Positions 1-8,646 of a stretch of DNA of 32,606 nt are shown here, piece after piece. The translations under genes were made by a program, and so were the position numbers. This stretch comes from an uncultured Campylobacteraceae bacterium (GTDB taxonomy: Bacteria > Campylobacterota > Campylobacteria > Campylobacterales > Campylobacteraceae). The number at the start of each line of letters is the position of its first letter. Within the stretch, counting starts at the first letter, position 1. Below the pieces are notes generated by a model. That model was not told the origin of the DNA. It saw nothing but the letters and a program-made list of their open reading frames with translations, and did no database searches. Location of the stretch: NCBI GenBank assembly GCA_964646025.1, contig CAZYDK010000001.1, positions 1 to 32,606 on the forward strand, in the 5' to 3' direction.

Positions 1-39
1 ATTTAGCAACCCAAAGATAGCTAAATAAGACAAACTAGC

Positions 40-72
40 TTAAGCCTAAAGATTTTAATGCTTTAGGCTTAA
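40..72. repeat. Perfect 12-bp inverted repeat abutting a 15-bp motif copy
   Basis: ttaagcctaaag (40-51) / ctttaggcttaa (61-72), 9-nt loop; overlaps the motif copy at 71-85. Confidence 0.7.
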
Positions 73-148
73 ACAAACGAAATTTATTTTAACTCTAGGT
101 TTTTAACCCACATCATATAAATCAAACCTTACCAAACAAACGAAATTT
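71..148 (+). repeat. Two direct copies of 15-bp motif AAACAAACGAAATTT
   Basis: Exact copies at 71-85 and 134-148. Confidence 0.95.
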
Positions 149-264
149 AGTAAAAATTAAAACGACTTAATCTAATAAACAAGCTATAACAATACTAATT
201 TTAATGCAAAAAATTGTGCATACAAGAACTAATAAATTATATTTGCTTTAATAAAAATCTTAAT

Positions 265-296
265 TTTAAGCTTAATTTTATGGGGGGGGGTAAAAT
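265..296 (+). promoter_or_regulatory. Putative sigma70 promoter with G9 tract abutting -10 box
   Basis: TTTAAG 265-270, G9 282-290, TAAAAT 291-296, then RBS AAGGAG and ATG 326. Confidence 0.75.
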
Positions 297-325
297 CAGA
301 TTTTATTTTATTTAAAGGAGATTTT

Positions 326-706
326 ATGAAAAAGATTTTGATTTTTTGTTTTTGTGTTTTTGCATTTTTAGGGTGCGGTAGCGACCCTATAGAAGAGGCA
401 ATGATTGAGTGTCATGATTTGTTTATTAAAGGTGATGTAAAAAAAAGTGCAGAATGTTTTCATTTTAAAAATGACCACGGTAAAGAAAGATATTTTCGTG
501 ATTTTTATAGTAAGTTAGAATATGAACAAGATAAAATAAAAGAGCATGGCGGTATAAAATCTAAAGAAGTTATAATCATAAATAAAGGTGCAGATGGCAA
601 GAGTGCAAAAATCCAGTTAGTGATAAAATATAAAGATGGAAAAATAGAAACACAAAGTGGTATAGAAATGATTAATGTAGATTCAAAATGGCTTATAGTT
701 ATATAA
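326..706 (+). CDS. Small lipoprotein, DUF4878/NTF2-like
   Basis: Signal peptide with lipobox FLGC; C-terminal beta-rich 'KSAKIQLVIKYKDG...DSKWLIV' pattern; RBS AAGGAG. Confidence 0.7.
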   Translation: MKKILIFCFCVFAFLGCGSDPIEEAMIECHDLFIKGDVKKSAECFHFKNDHGKERYFRDFYSKLEYEQDKIKEHGGIKSKEVIIINKGADGKSAKIQLVIKYKDGKIETQSGIEMINVDSKWLIVI

Positions 707-716
707 ACTTTACGCT

Positions 717-753
717 AAACAAACGAAATTTATCATTTAATTTTCGTTTGTTT
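717..753 (+). terminator. Hairpin formed by an inverted pair of the 15-bp motif; likely terminator
   Basis: Forward copy 717-731 and reverse variant aattttcgtttgttt 739-753, 10 nt after the stop codon. Confidence 0.55.
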
Positions 754-1416
754 GGAGTGGTTTATTCTTAATATGCTAGGCTAGAGCATTAGAGTGGTGG
801 TGGGTTGTTTTTGGTGGTTTTATTTTTAAGATTTTGTTTTTAGCCTTATAAAAACGATATTTTTTAAATCTAATTTTTTGACCTAACATTGAATTAGATG
901 TAAAACCCAAACAAACGAAATTTAAACAAAAAAGCAAAAATTAAGTAGTCGTGCGTTATTTAGTTTGAAATGAAAAGCTTGTTAGTTTGTGATTAATTTT
1001 GTTAAATTTCGTTTGTTTGTGGTGTAAGTTCCATTGGTTTATAAATAAAAGAATTTATCAAAAGCTATAATCAAGTAGATATGCTGTATTTATATAAAAG
1101 TCCTAGCTTGACAAAAAAGTTGTCAAAGTTGATAAGTGTTTTAAGACATATTTTTATTTTAATCAAATCTTAATAAAGCTAACTTACACACTAAATTAGT
1201 TTATAAAGTAAAAACTCACATTTGGGTTTTTTGATAATTTATCCGCATTAGCTTTCAATTTAATTTATTTTTTAATTTAATTAACTTAAATATAAAATAA
1301 ACAAAGATAAGACATATTATAAAAACTAAAATTAGATATAAATTCTCAAACAAACGAAATTTAAGTTTTATTCGCATAAGCTAATAAATGTTAGTTTGGC
1401 TAAATTTCGTTTGTTG
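717..1416. repeat. Intergenic array of the 15-bp motif between convergent genes
   Basis: Copies at 717(+), 739(-, variant), 909(+), 1004(-), 1348(+), 1402(-, variant). Confidence 0.9.
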
Positions 1417-1428
1417 TATAGAAGTTTA

Positions 1429-1875
1429 TTATGGTTTTAAATAGCCTGCACCGTTTAATACAAAGCTTCTATCTTTTGCATAAACTCTTTGTCCGTTTAT
1501 GATATCGTATTTCCAAATAGGTGCGTTTTGTTTAAAATCTTCCACAAAATCACCTATCATAGCAAGTGCTTTTTTTCTATGTTTGCTCATCACTGCAGCA
1601 AAATAGCTACTTTCTTTTACCATAACATCGCCCACAGAATGAGCAAAGTATAAAAAACAATCATTTTCTTTAGCTTTTTGCTCCCAATCTTTAAACCATT
1701 GTCTAAGTATAGGCTCATAAACATCAAAGCTAAGTCCGCTTACTCCACCATCATCTCTTATAATACCGTTAAAATTTACCAAAGCACCAAGAGATTTTTC
1801 TTTGCATATATCATATGCTTGTTGATAATGCTTTAAACTATCTACAGCGTTTTTTTCTATGAAAAAGTTTTGCAT
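1429..1875 (-). CDS. moaE: Molybdopterin synthase catalytic subunit
   Basis: GALVNFNGIIR, HSVGDV, SKHRK, FKQNAPIWK motifs; start moved to ATG 1875 (RBS GGAGG, just after moaD stop). Confidence 0.92.
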   Translation of the reverse strand: MQNFFIEKNAVDSLKHYQQAYDICKEKSLGALVNFNGIIRDDGGVSGLSFDVYEPILRQWFKDWEQKAKENDCFLYFAHSVGDVMVKESSYFAAVMSKHRKKALAMIGDFVEDFKQNAPIWKYDIINGQRVYAKDRSFVLNGAGYLKP

Positions 1876-1876
1876 A

Positions 1877-2104
1877 TCACCCTCCGCAAACAGGTGGCAA
1901 GATAAACACAACATCATCTTGTTTAAACTCAAGCGAAGCTGGACTATCTATTAGTTTGTTATTTAATGCTATTGCACTAGAGTGAAGTATTTGCTTGTCA
2001 ATATCTTCTATATTGTTTAAAAAAGATTTTAGCTCATCAAAGTTTTTTATATCAGCTTGTATTTCATCTCTTGCAAGTGGTCCTAAAAAGCATATCTTAA
2101 TCAT
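1877..2104 (-). CDS. moaD: Molybdopterin synthase sulfur carrier subunit
   Basis: 75 aa ending in PPVCGG diglycine; adjacent to moaE. Confidence 0.93.
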   Translation of the reverse strand: MIKICFLGPLARDEIQADIKNFDELKSFLNNIEDIDKQILHSSAIALNNKLIDSPASLEFKQDDVVFILPPVCGG

Positions 2105-4394
2105 TTTTACCCTTTGTTAGTAGTTCAAAAAATTCTTTTTCTGGTAAAGGTTTTGAGAAAAAATACCCTTGAAACTCATCACAGCCATACTTAGATAGCA
2201 AATCAAGGTCATCTTGAAACTCAACGCCCTCAGCTACAGTTTTTTTATCTAAAGTTTTTGACATTTGCACGATAGCTTCAACTAGTGCTTGTTTTTTAGG
2301 GTCTTTACTCATATTTATAATAAAGCTCATATCAATCTTAACAACATCAAAAGGAAGGTTATGTAAATATGCAAGTGAAGAATACCCAGTTCCAAAATCA
2401 TCCATAGAAAGTCCAACGCCAAGGCTTTTTAGCTCGTTGATTTTTGCTATATTATCGCTATCTTGTATAGCAAAGTTTTCTGTGATTTCTAGCTCAACTA
2501 GATGTGGTGGAATGTTGTACTCTTTTATAGCTCTTGATATATCATCTATGAGTGTTTCTGATTTTAGTTGCTTAACAGATAGGTTTAAAGATAGTTTTAT
2601 TGGGTTGTTTGACTCAATTAGTTCTTTTAAAATTCTAAGACTTTCTTTTATAACCCATCTTCCAATATCAACTATAAGGTCAGAATTTTCCGCAACTTCT
2701 ATAAAATACCCAGGTGGTATTATTTTGTCATTTTTTACCCACCTAATAAGCGCTTCCGCACCTACAATTTTGTTGTTTTTAATCTCAACTTTAGGTTGTA
2801 AAAATAACCTAAATTCATTCTCTTGCAGTGCTATGCGAATGTCTTTTTGGATTTTTAGTAATTTTTGTTTTTCTTGGTCTATGGTTTTATCATAAAATTC
2901 TATTTTATTTGCACCTTTTTTCTTTGCTATACTCATAGCGCTATCTGCACTTCTTATTAGCTTATCATAATCTTTTTCATACTCGCTAGTATAAATAGCA
3001 ACACCTATTGAAGCTGTAAGATAGAACTTATCATCATCTATATGTATTGGTTTGCTTATTATATCTAGCACATCATGAGCGAATTTGTCTATTTGTTGAA
3101 CATCTGAATGCCTATCAAATTCGCAAAAGACTATAAACTCATCAGCAGCAAGCCTTGATACATACGCAAACATTTTATCTGTTAGTGATACAAGTCTATT
3201 TGATATGTATTTAAGTATATTATCTCCTGTGTCTCTTCCTTTGCTTTCATTTACTTGTTTAAACTTATCTAAGTCTATAAAAAACACAGCTAATGTTTTT
3301 GAGTTTGAATGCTGGTATCTTTGCAAATCAAGCAAAAGTTTTGATGGATTTTTAAGACCCGTAACAGTATCGTAGTAAGCTGTTGTCATGATTTGCTTGT
3401 TTTGTTCTGAGATTAATTCTTGAGTTTTTTTCATTCTAATTATAAATTTATTTAACGCAAGGTTTAAAAATTTAAATTCTTCGTATTTGATGTTTGAGTT
3501 TAAATTTAACTTTAGATTTGATATGTTGCCATCAAGACTATTTAGGCTTTGATTTATATTTTTGATATTGTCTTTTATGATTTTTTCTTTATTTTTGATA
3601 AATACTATTATAGAAGATAGCCCTAAAACAACTAAAATCAAAGTTATAAAAAGTTGTTTGGTTAGCTCTTTTTGCATAGCTTCTTTTTTGTGTTGCAAAT
3701 CTTGTTTTTGCTGTTTTAGGCTATAACTAGCACCAAATTCTATATTCCATAAACTATCAACACATTTATAAGACGCAAATTCATCATCATGTTTAAAGCT
3801 ACAGCTATTTGATGTGATTTTTTCATCAGCAACTTTTACATAAAAATCACCCGCTTTTGCAACTCTAAATTTTTCCATATTTGATAAAACATGTTCAACT
3901 TTTGCCGTGTTGCCGTATTTTGGGTTGATTGAGATTTGAAGAAATTTATCATCTCCAAGATGTATGTATCTTGTGTCTTTTGCATCTTTTTTGATTTCAT
4001 TTTTTAAAACAACGCTGTATGATAGCTGAGTATCTGATTTAAAGGAAAGTTGATTTGCTAGTAAATTAGCGTCATTTTCATTGTATTTTGCCTCAATGAT
4101 ACGCTTTAAAATATTTGTTTGTTGTTCTAGTGCGTTATTTGCATACTTAAACATATCATCATATTCATATTCTAGGTAGTTAAAGATGTTTTTGATTTCA
4201 TCTTGAACTTGCGTAGATTTTTCTAAGTTGTTTATACCAAGAAACTGTTTTTCTAAAAAATTGTTTTGATTTTGATATGATTGGAAGCTATTATAAGCAA
4301 GAACAACTCCAACTAGTACTATAAAACAAAATGACAATAAGAACAATTGATATATTGATTCTTTTAATAAACTTTTTCTTTTGCTACTTTTCAT
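2097..4394 (-). CDS. Membrane-anchored degenerate GGDEF + EAL protein (probable c-di-GMP phosphodiesterase)
   Basis: Two TM segments flanking a periplasmic region; FIDLDKFKQVN, RLAADEF; intact GAEALIRW, LELEITE-like VELEITE, DDFGTGYSS, VAEGVE, FQGYFFSKP. Confidence 0.9.
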   Translation of the reverse strand: MKSSKRKSLLKESIYQLFLLSFCFIVLVGVVLAYNSFQSYQNQNNFLEKQFLGINNLEKSTQVQDEIKNIFNYLEYEYDDMFKYANNALEQQTNILKRIIEAKYNENDANLLANQLSFKSDTQLSYSVVLKNEIKKDAKDTRYIHLGDDKFLQISINPKYGNTAKVEHVLSNMEKFRVAKAGDFYVKVADEKITSNSCSFKHDDEFASYKCVDSLWNIEFGASYSLKQQKQDLQHKKEAMQKELTKQLFITLILVVLGLSSIIVFIKNKEKIIKDNIKNINQSLNSLDGNISNLKLNLNSNIKYEEFKFLNLALNKFIIRMKKTQELISEQNKQIMTTAYYDTVTGLKNPSKLLLDLQRYQHSNSKTLAVFFIDLDKFKQVNESKGRDTGDNILKYISNRLVSLTDKMFAYVSRLAADEFIVFCEFDRHSDVQQIDKFAHDVLDIISKPIHIDDDKFYLTASIGVAIYTSEYEKDYDKLIRSADSAMSIAKKKGANKIEFYDKTIDQEKQKLLKIQKDIRIALQENEFRLFLQPKVEIKNNKIVGAEALIRWVKNDKIIPPGYFIEVAENSDLIVDIGRWVIKESLRILKELIESNNPIKLSLNLSVKQLKSETLIDDISRAIKEYNIPPHLVELEITENFAIQDSDNIAKINELKSLGVGLSMDDFGTGYSSLAYLHNLPFDVVKIDMSFIINMSKDPKKQALVEAIVQMSKTLDKKTVAEGVEFQDDLDLLSKYGCDEFQGYFFSKPLPEKEFFELLTKGKND

Positions 4395-4469
4395 AGGTCT
4401 TTCTTTAATTTATTTTAATTAAAATAACCCGAAAATATACAATAATAAAATTAAATAAAGGATAAAAAA

Positions 4470-5624
4470 ATGTTTAATAACTTTGATTTTAAAAATATTC
4501 AAACACCATCTTATGTATGTTTTGAAACTAATCTTAGAAAAAATTGTGAGATTTTAAAATCAGTAAAAGACCAAACTGGTGCTAAGATTTTACTAGCATT
4601 AAAGGGTTTTGCTCTTCAAAGTTCGCTTGATATAGTAATGGAATATCTTGATGGTTTTACTTGTAGTGGGCTTTGGGAAGCAAAACTTGCAAAAAAATAC
4701 ACAAAAAAGCAAAATATACACACATACTCTCCTGCTTTTGGAGATGATTTTAAAGACATTGCTTCTATTAGCTCACATATAGTTTTTAACAGTGCAAATA
4801 TGTTAAAAAAATATCTACCTTTATGCAAAAACAATCATCTTGCCATAAGATGTAATCCAGGTGTGTCTTTTGCACCTGTTGAGTTATACAATCCTTGTGG
4901 GGAGTATTCAAGGTTTGGGGTAAGAAGTGTTATGGAGATTGAAGATGTTTTAAATCATTTAGAAGGGCTTTGTTTTCATGCTCTGTGTGAAGAAGGCAGC
5001 GAAAGTTTAGAGGTTGTTTTAAAAGCTTTTGAAGAAAAGTTTGAAAAAGCTATCAAAAGGGTAAAATGGGTGAATTTTGGTGGAGGACACCACATCACAA
5101 AAGAAGGTTATAACCTACAAAAACTTATAAAACTTATAAATGATTTTAAGAAAAAATGGGGAGTTGAAGTTTATCTTGAGCCAGGCGAAGCTGTTGGGAT
5201 AAATACAGGTGTTTTGGTTTGTAGTGTTTTAGATATTATTAAAAGAGATAAAAACATAGCCATTTTAGATACTTCCGCAGAAGCACATATGCCAGATACT
5301 ATTATTATGCCTTATACTAGTGAAGTGTTAAATGCAAAGATAATTTCAACAAGATATGATTTAAGTGGTGCTAAAAATCATAAAAATGGATATATATTAA
5401 CGGGAAATACTTGTTTATCTGGGGATATTATGGGGTATTATGAGTTTGATAAAGAGCTTTGTGTTGGAGATAAAGTTGTGTTTTTAGACCAAATGCACTA
5501 CTCAATAGTAAAAAATACAACATTTAATGGGATAAAATTACCATCTTTGGTTTTAATTGATAAGAATGGTGATATTAAAAATATTAAACAATTTAACTTC
5601 AATGATTTTTCAAGAAGAAATTAA
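4470..5624 (+). CDS. nspC: Carboxynorspermidine decarboxylase
   Basis: TPSYV, LLALKGF (PLP lysine), YNPCGEYSRFG, FHALCE, NFGGGHHIT, EPGEA, CLSGD, VKNTTFNG. Confidence 0.93.
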   Translation: MFNNFDFKNIQTPSYVCFETNLRKNCEILKSVKDQTGAKILLALKGFALQSSLDIVMEYLDGFTCSGLWEAKLAKKYTKKQNIHTYSPAFGDDFKDIASISSHIVFNSANMLKKYLPLCKNNHLAIRCNPGVSFAPVELYNPCGEYSRFGVRSVMEIEDVLNHLEGLCFHALCEEGSESLEVVLKAFEEKFEKAIKRVKWVNFGGGHHITKEGYNLQKLIKLINDFKKKWGVEVYLEPGEAVGINTGVLVCSVLDIIKRDKNIAILDTSAEAHMPDTIIMPYTSEVLNAKIISTRYDLSGAKNHKNGYILTGNTCLSGDIMGYYEFDKELCVGDKVVFLDQMHYSIVKNTTFNGIKLPSLVLIDKNGDIKNIKQFNFNDFSRRN

Positions 5625-5675
5625 TGTTGATTAGTTAAGATATTAAATCTAGTAATAAAATCATAAAGGTTTATC

Positions 5676-6563
5676 ATGAAAAAGGTTTTATTGATTTTAA
5701 TGGCAAATGGGTTGTTTGCTACTTCAAATCTTACAACAACTTCTAGAGTTGAAAATGTTACTCACTATGCGTTAGGTCATCTATGGACATATTTACAAGG
5801 TGGTAGATATTTTTCTTCGTTAATGCTTATTTTGCTTATAGCTGTTTTAGCTGCTTTTGCTATGCATTATATGGTAATTGGTCCAAAGCAATTTAGTCAT
5901 GACGGTAAGAAAATATATGCTTTTAGCTTATTGGAGCGTTCTTTTCACTTTGTAGCGGCACTTTCTTGGATTATACTTATACCAACAGGACTTGTGATTA
6001 TGTTTGGAACATCTTTTCCTGCAGGTATGGTAAGAACTGCTAAGACTTTGCATATATTTGCTATGTTTATTTTCATCGTATCTTGGGTGCCTATGTTTTT
6101 ATGTTGGTTTAAATCAATGTTACCTAGTTCATATGATTTAAAATGGTTGATGATAGCAGGTGGATATTTAAGTAAGACAAAAAAACCTGTTCCTGCGGGT
6201 AAATTTAACTTTGGTCAAAAAATGTGGTATTACATAGCCTGTTTTGGCGGTTTTGTTATGATAGCAACAGGTATGATTATGTATATGCTTGATTTTAATT
6301 CAAACTCTTTGCAATCACTTTTTGGTTTGAGCCATATAGATATACTTAGAATGAGTGCTATTATTCACAATGTTCTTGCGGTAGCTTGTGTTGTGATGTT
6401 TTGTGTTCATGTGTATATGGCTGTTTTTGCTATCAAAGGTAGTATTCATTCTATGAAAACAGGATATAAGGAAGAAGAAGAGGTTTATATTTTACATTCT
6501 TATTGGTATAAAGATTTGGTTAGCAAAAATAAAATCAATCCTACTTATAAATATAATGATTAA
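5676..6563 (+). CDS. fdhC: Formate dehydrogenase cytochrome b (gamma) subunit
   Basis: HYMVIGPKQFSHDGKKIYAF, ERSFH, GGYL...PAGKFNFGQKMW, HVYMAVFAIKGSIHSM, H-x-x-W near the C-terminus. Confidence 0.9.
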   Translation: MKKVLLILMANGLFATSNLTTTSRVENVTHYALGHLWTYLQGGRYFSSLMLILLIAVLAAFAMHYMVIGPKQFSHDGKKIYAFSLLERSFHFVAALSWIILIPTGLVIMFGTSFPAGMVRTAKTLHIFAMFIFIVSWVPMFLCWFKSMLPSSYDLKWLMIAGGYLSKTKKPVPAGKFNFGQKMWYYIACFGGFVMIATGMIMYMLDFNSNSLQSLFGLSHIDILRMSAIIHNVLAVACVVMFCVHVYMAVFAIKGSIHSMKTGYKEEEEVYILHSYWYKDLVSKNKINPTYKYND

Positions 6564-6565
6564 AA

Positions 6566-7054
6566 ATGAAAAGATTTATAGAGCAGATTCTTAATAAAAT
6601 TGATAAAAGTGAAGGCTTAAATGATAGCACTATTGAAAGGCTATCTAAAAGCCTAAACTACGATAAACAAGAACTACTTAAAATCATTTCAAAAATAAAC
6701 GAAAAGAAAAAACTACAAGTAAAATTTTGGATAAATAATAAAAACGGAACTTCATTTGGCAAAGGAAATGTAGAGCTTATAGCGTTAGTTGATAAAATAG
6801 GCTCTATATCAGGGGCGGCTAAAGCACTTGGTTTTAGCTATAAAAAAGCATGGAATAAAATTCATGAATTAGAAAATGAACTGGGCGAAAGCATTTTTAT
6901 CAAGCAAAAAGGTGCTGGAAAGCAAGGTGGGACAAGGCTTACGCAAACTGGTAAAGAGCTTTTGCAAAGTTTTATTGAGTTTGAAGAAAAGCTAAATGAA
7001 GATGCCATAAAACACTATAACAAATACTTAAAACAATTTTTTGATAAGGAGTGA
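6566..7054 (+). CDS. ModE-family winged-helix regulator lacking molybdate-binding TOBE domains
   Basis: FGKG...GSISGAAKALGFSYKKAW...GGTRLT signature of the ModE N-terminal domain. Confidence 0.85.
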   Translation: MKRFIEQILNKIDKSEGLNDSTIERLSKSLNYDKQELLKIISKINEKKKLQVKFWINNKNGTSFGKGNVELIALVDKIGSISGAAKALGFSYKKAWNKIHELENELGESIFIKQKGAGKQGGTRLTQTGKELLQSFIEFEEKLNEDAIKHYNKYLKQFFDKE

Positions 7055-7611
7055 AGATGAAATTAGATTTACAAGATTTACCATGTCCACAGCCTGTGAC
7101 TAGAGTAAAAGAAGAGTTTGAGAAAATGAAAGTTGGTGATAGCCTTAAAATCACTATCAACAACGAAACATCAAAGCAAAATATAGAAAGATTTTTAAAC
7201 TCAATAGAGCAAGATTTTACTAGCGGAAAACAAGGTGAGCAGCATTTTATCAGCTTTACAAAAGAAGATAGACAAAAAAAGAGCTCTAATGTATATGATG
7301 AAGTTTTGTTTTTAAAATCTCTTAGCGTTGGTGATGGAGAGCTTGGCAAAATGCTTTTTGCTGGATTTTTGCAAACACTAAAAGAAAGAAAAATCGGAAA
7401 AATCATTTTGGTAAATGAAGCGGTAAAAGTTATATGCGATGAGACAAATCCTAGTTTTAACACACTTAAGGATTTAGAGCAAATGGGTGTTAAAATTTTA
7501 GCTTGTGGTAATTGCCTAAACTTTTTTGCTCTTGAGCCAAAATTTGGAATTGTTAGCAATGCTTATGAAATCGTTGATACATTGTTTAATTCAAAAGTGG
7601 TAAGCCTGTGA
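7051..7611 (+). CDS. yedF: Selenium metabolism protein YedF-like (TusA/SirA + DsrE-like domains)
   Basis: LDLQDLPCPQPV, GDGELGKML, ACGNCLNFF; directly upstream of selD. Confidence 0.85.
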   Translation: MKMKLDLQDLPCPQPVTRVKEEFEKMKVGDSLKITINNETSKQNIERFLNSIEQDFTSGKQGEQHFISFTKEDRQKKSSNVYDEVLFLKSLSVGDGELGKMLFAGFLQTLKERKIGKIILVNEAVKVICDETNPSFNTLKDLEQMGVKILACGNCLNFFALEPKFGIVSNAYEIVDTLFNSKVVSL

Positions 7612-8645
7612 GTTTTAAACAGCTATTTGATACATATAAAAGTAGGGAACTTAGGAAATTAGTAGCAAACGGTGGTTGAAGTGCTAAATTAGACCCGGGT
7701 GGTCTATCACAAATTACGCAAATTACACCACATGCAAATATCCTAAGTTCAACTTACAGCAACGAAGATGCTTATGTTTTGAGCTTTGATGAAAGCAATA
7801 AGGCACTAGTTCAAACTTGTGATTTTATAATGCCACATGTTGATGAGCCGTATTTTTTTGGTCGTATAGCTGCAGCAAATAGCCTTAGTGATATTTATGC
7901 TATGAATGGCGATGTTTTTTGTGCTATGAATATTCTTGGAATTCCTTGCAATATGCATGATATTATCAAAGAGATTTTAGCTGGAGCAAATGACGCTTTA
8001 AGTGAAGCAGGAGCGATTTGTGCTGGTGGGCATACAATAAATTCTATTGAGCCTTTTTTTGGGCTTAGTGTTAGTGGTTTTGTGTCAAAAGATAACTTTT
8101 GGCATAACAATACACCAAATGATGGCGATGCTATCATCATCACAAAGCCTATTGGTAGTGGGATTTTATCTTTAGGGCTTGATTTTGTAAAAGATAAAGT
8201 TAGCTTTTATGAAAATATGTGTTATCTTAATAAATATCCGCAAAATGTTCTAAAACAAACGAAATTTATAAGTGCTGCGACAGATATCACTGGGTTTGGT
8301 TTGCTAGGACACCTGCTTGAGATGTGTAGCAATAAAACAAAAAAAATGTCAGCTAAGATATATTTTGATAGCATACCTTTTTTAAATCAAGCAAAAGAAT
8401 TGTTTGATATGGGGATGATACCTTCAAGTGCTTACAAAAACTACAATTACATAAAACATAATGTATCTTCTTTAAATGATGATATGTCTTTGATTTTATC
8501 ATCTCCTGAGACTAGCGGTGGGCTTATGCTATCTACGCAAAAACCTATGGCTGTTTTAAAGCTTTTGGAAGATAATGGAATTTTTGCTAAACAAATAGGG
8601 TATTTTGAAGTTATGCAAGATGATAAAAAGATAAAGGTTATATAG
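7608..8645 (+). CDS. selD: Selenide, water dikinase; selenoprotein (Sec24), 345 aa
   Basis: GTG 7608 overlaps yedF stop; reads ...KLVANGG-U(TGA 7677-7679)-SAKLDPGGL...NEDA in frame into the ORF-track fragment (FGRIAAANSLSDIYAM, GGHT, TDITGFGLLGH, ETSGGL). Confidence 0.93.
7690..7706 (+). promoter_or_regulatory. Putative bacterial SECIS hairpin
   Basis: tagacc-cgggt-ggtcta stem-loop starting 11 nt after the UGA. Confidence 0.7.
8253..8267 (+). repeat. Exact 15-bp motif copy inside selD coding sequence
   Basis: aaacaaacgaaattt within codons for K-Q-T-K-F. Confidence 0.9.
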
Positions 8646-8646
8646 T

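Noticed and set aside
1083-1099. CTGTATTTATATAAAA as a LexA box
   Set aside because: Lacks the CAG half-site; campylobacters are not known to have LexA.
1876-1932. N-terminal extension of moaE in the ORF track
   Set aside because: Overlaps moaD; a better RBS and ATG exist at 1875. Similar over-extensions were trimmed for lgt, frdC, frdB, murI and the TM2 gene.
7779-8645. selD as a truncated gene or pseudogene
   Set aside because: The upstream in-frame TGA sits at the catalytic position and is followed by a SECIS-like hairpin.
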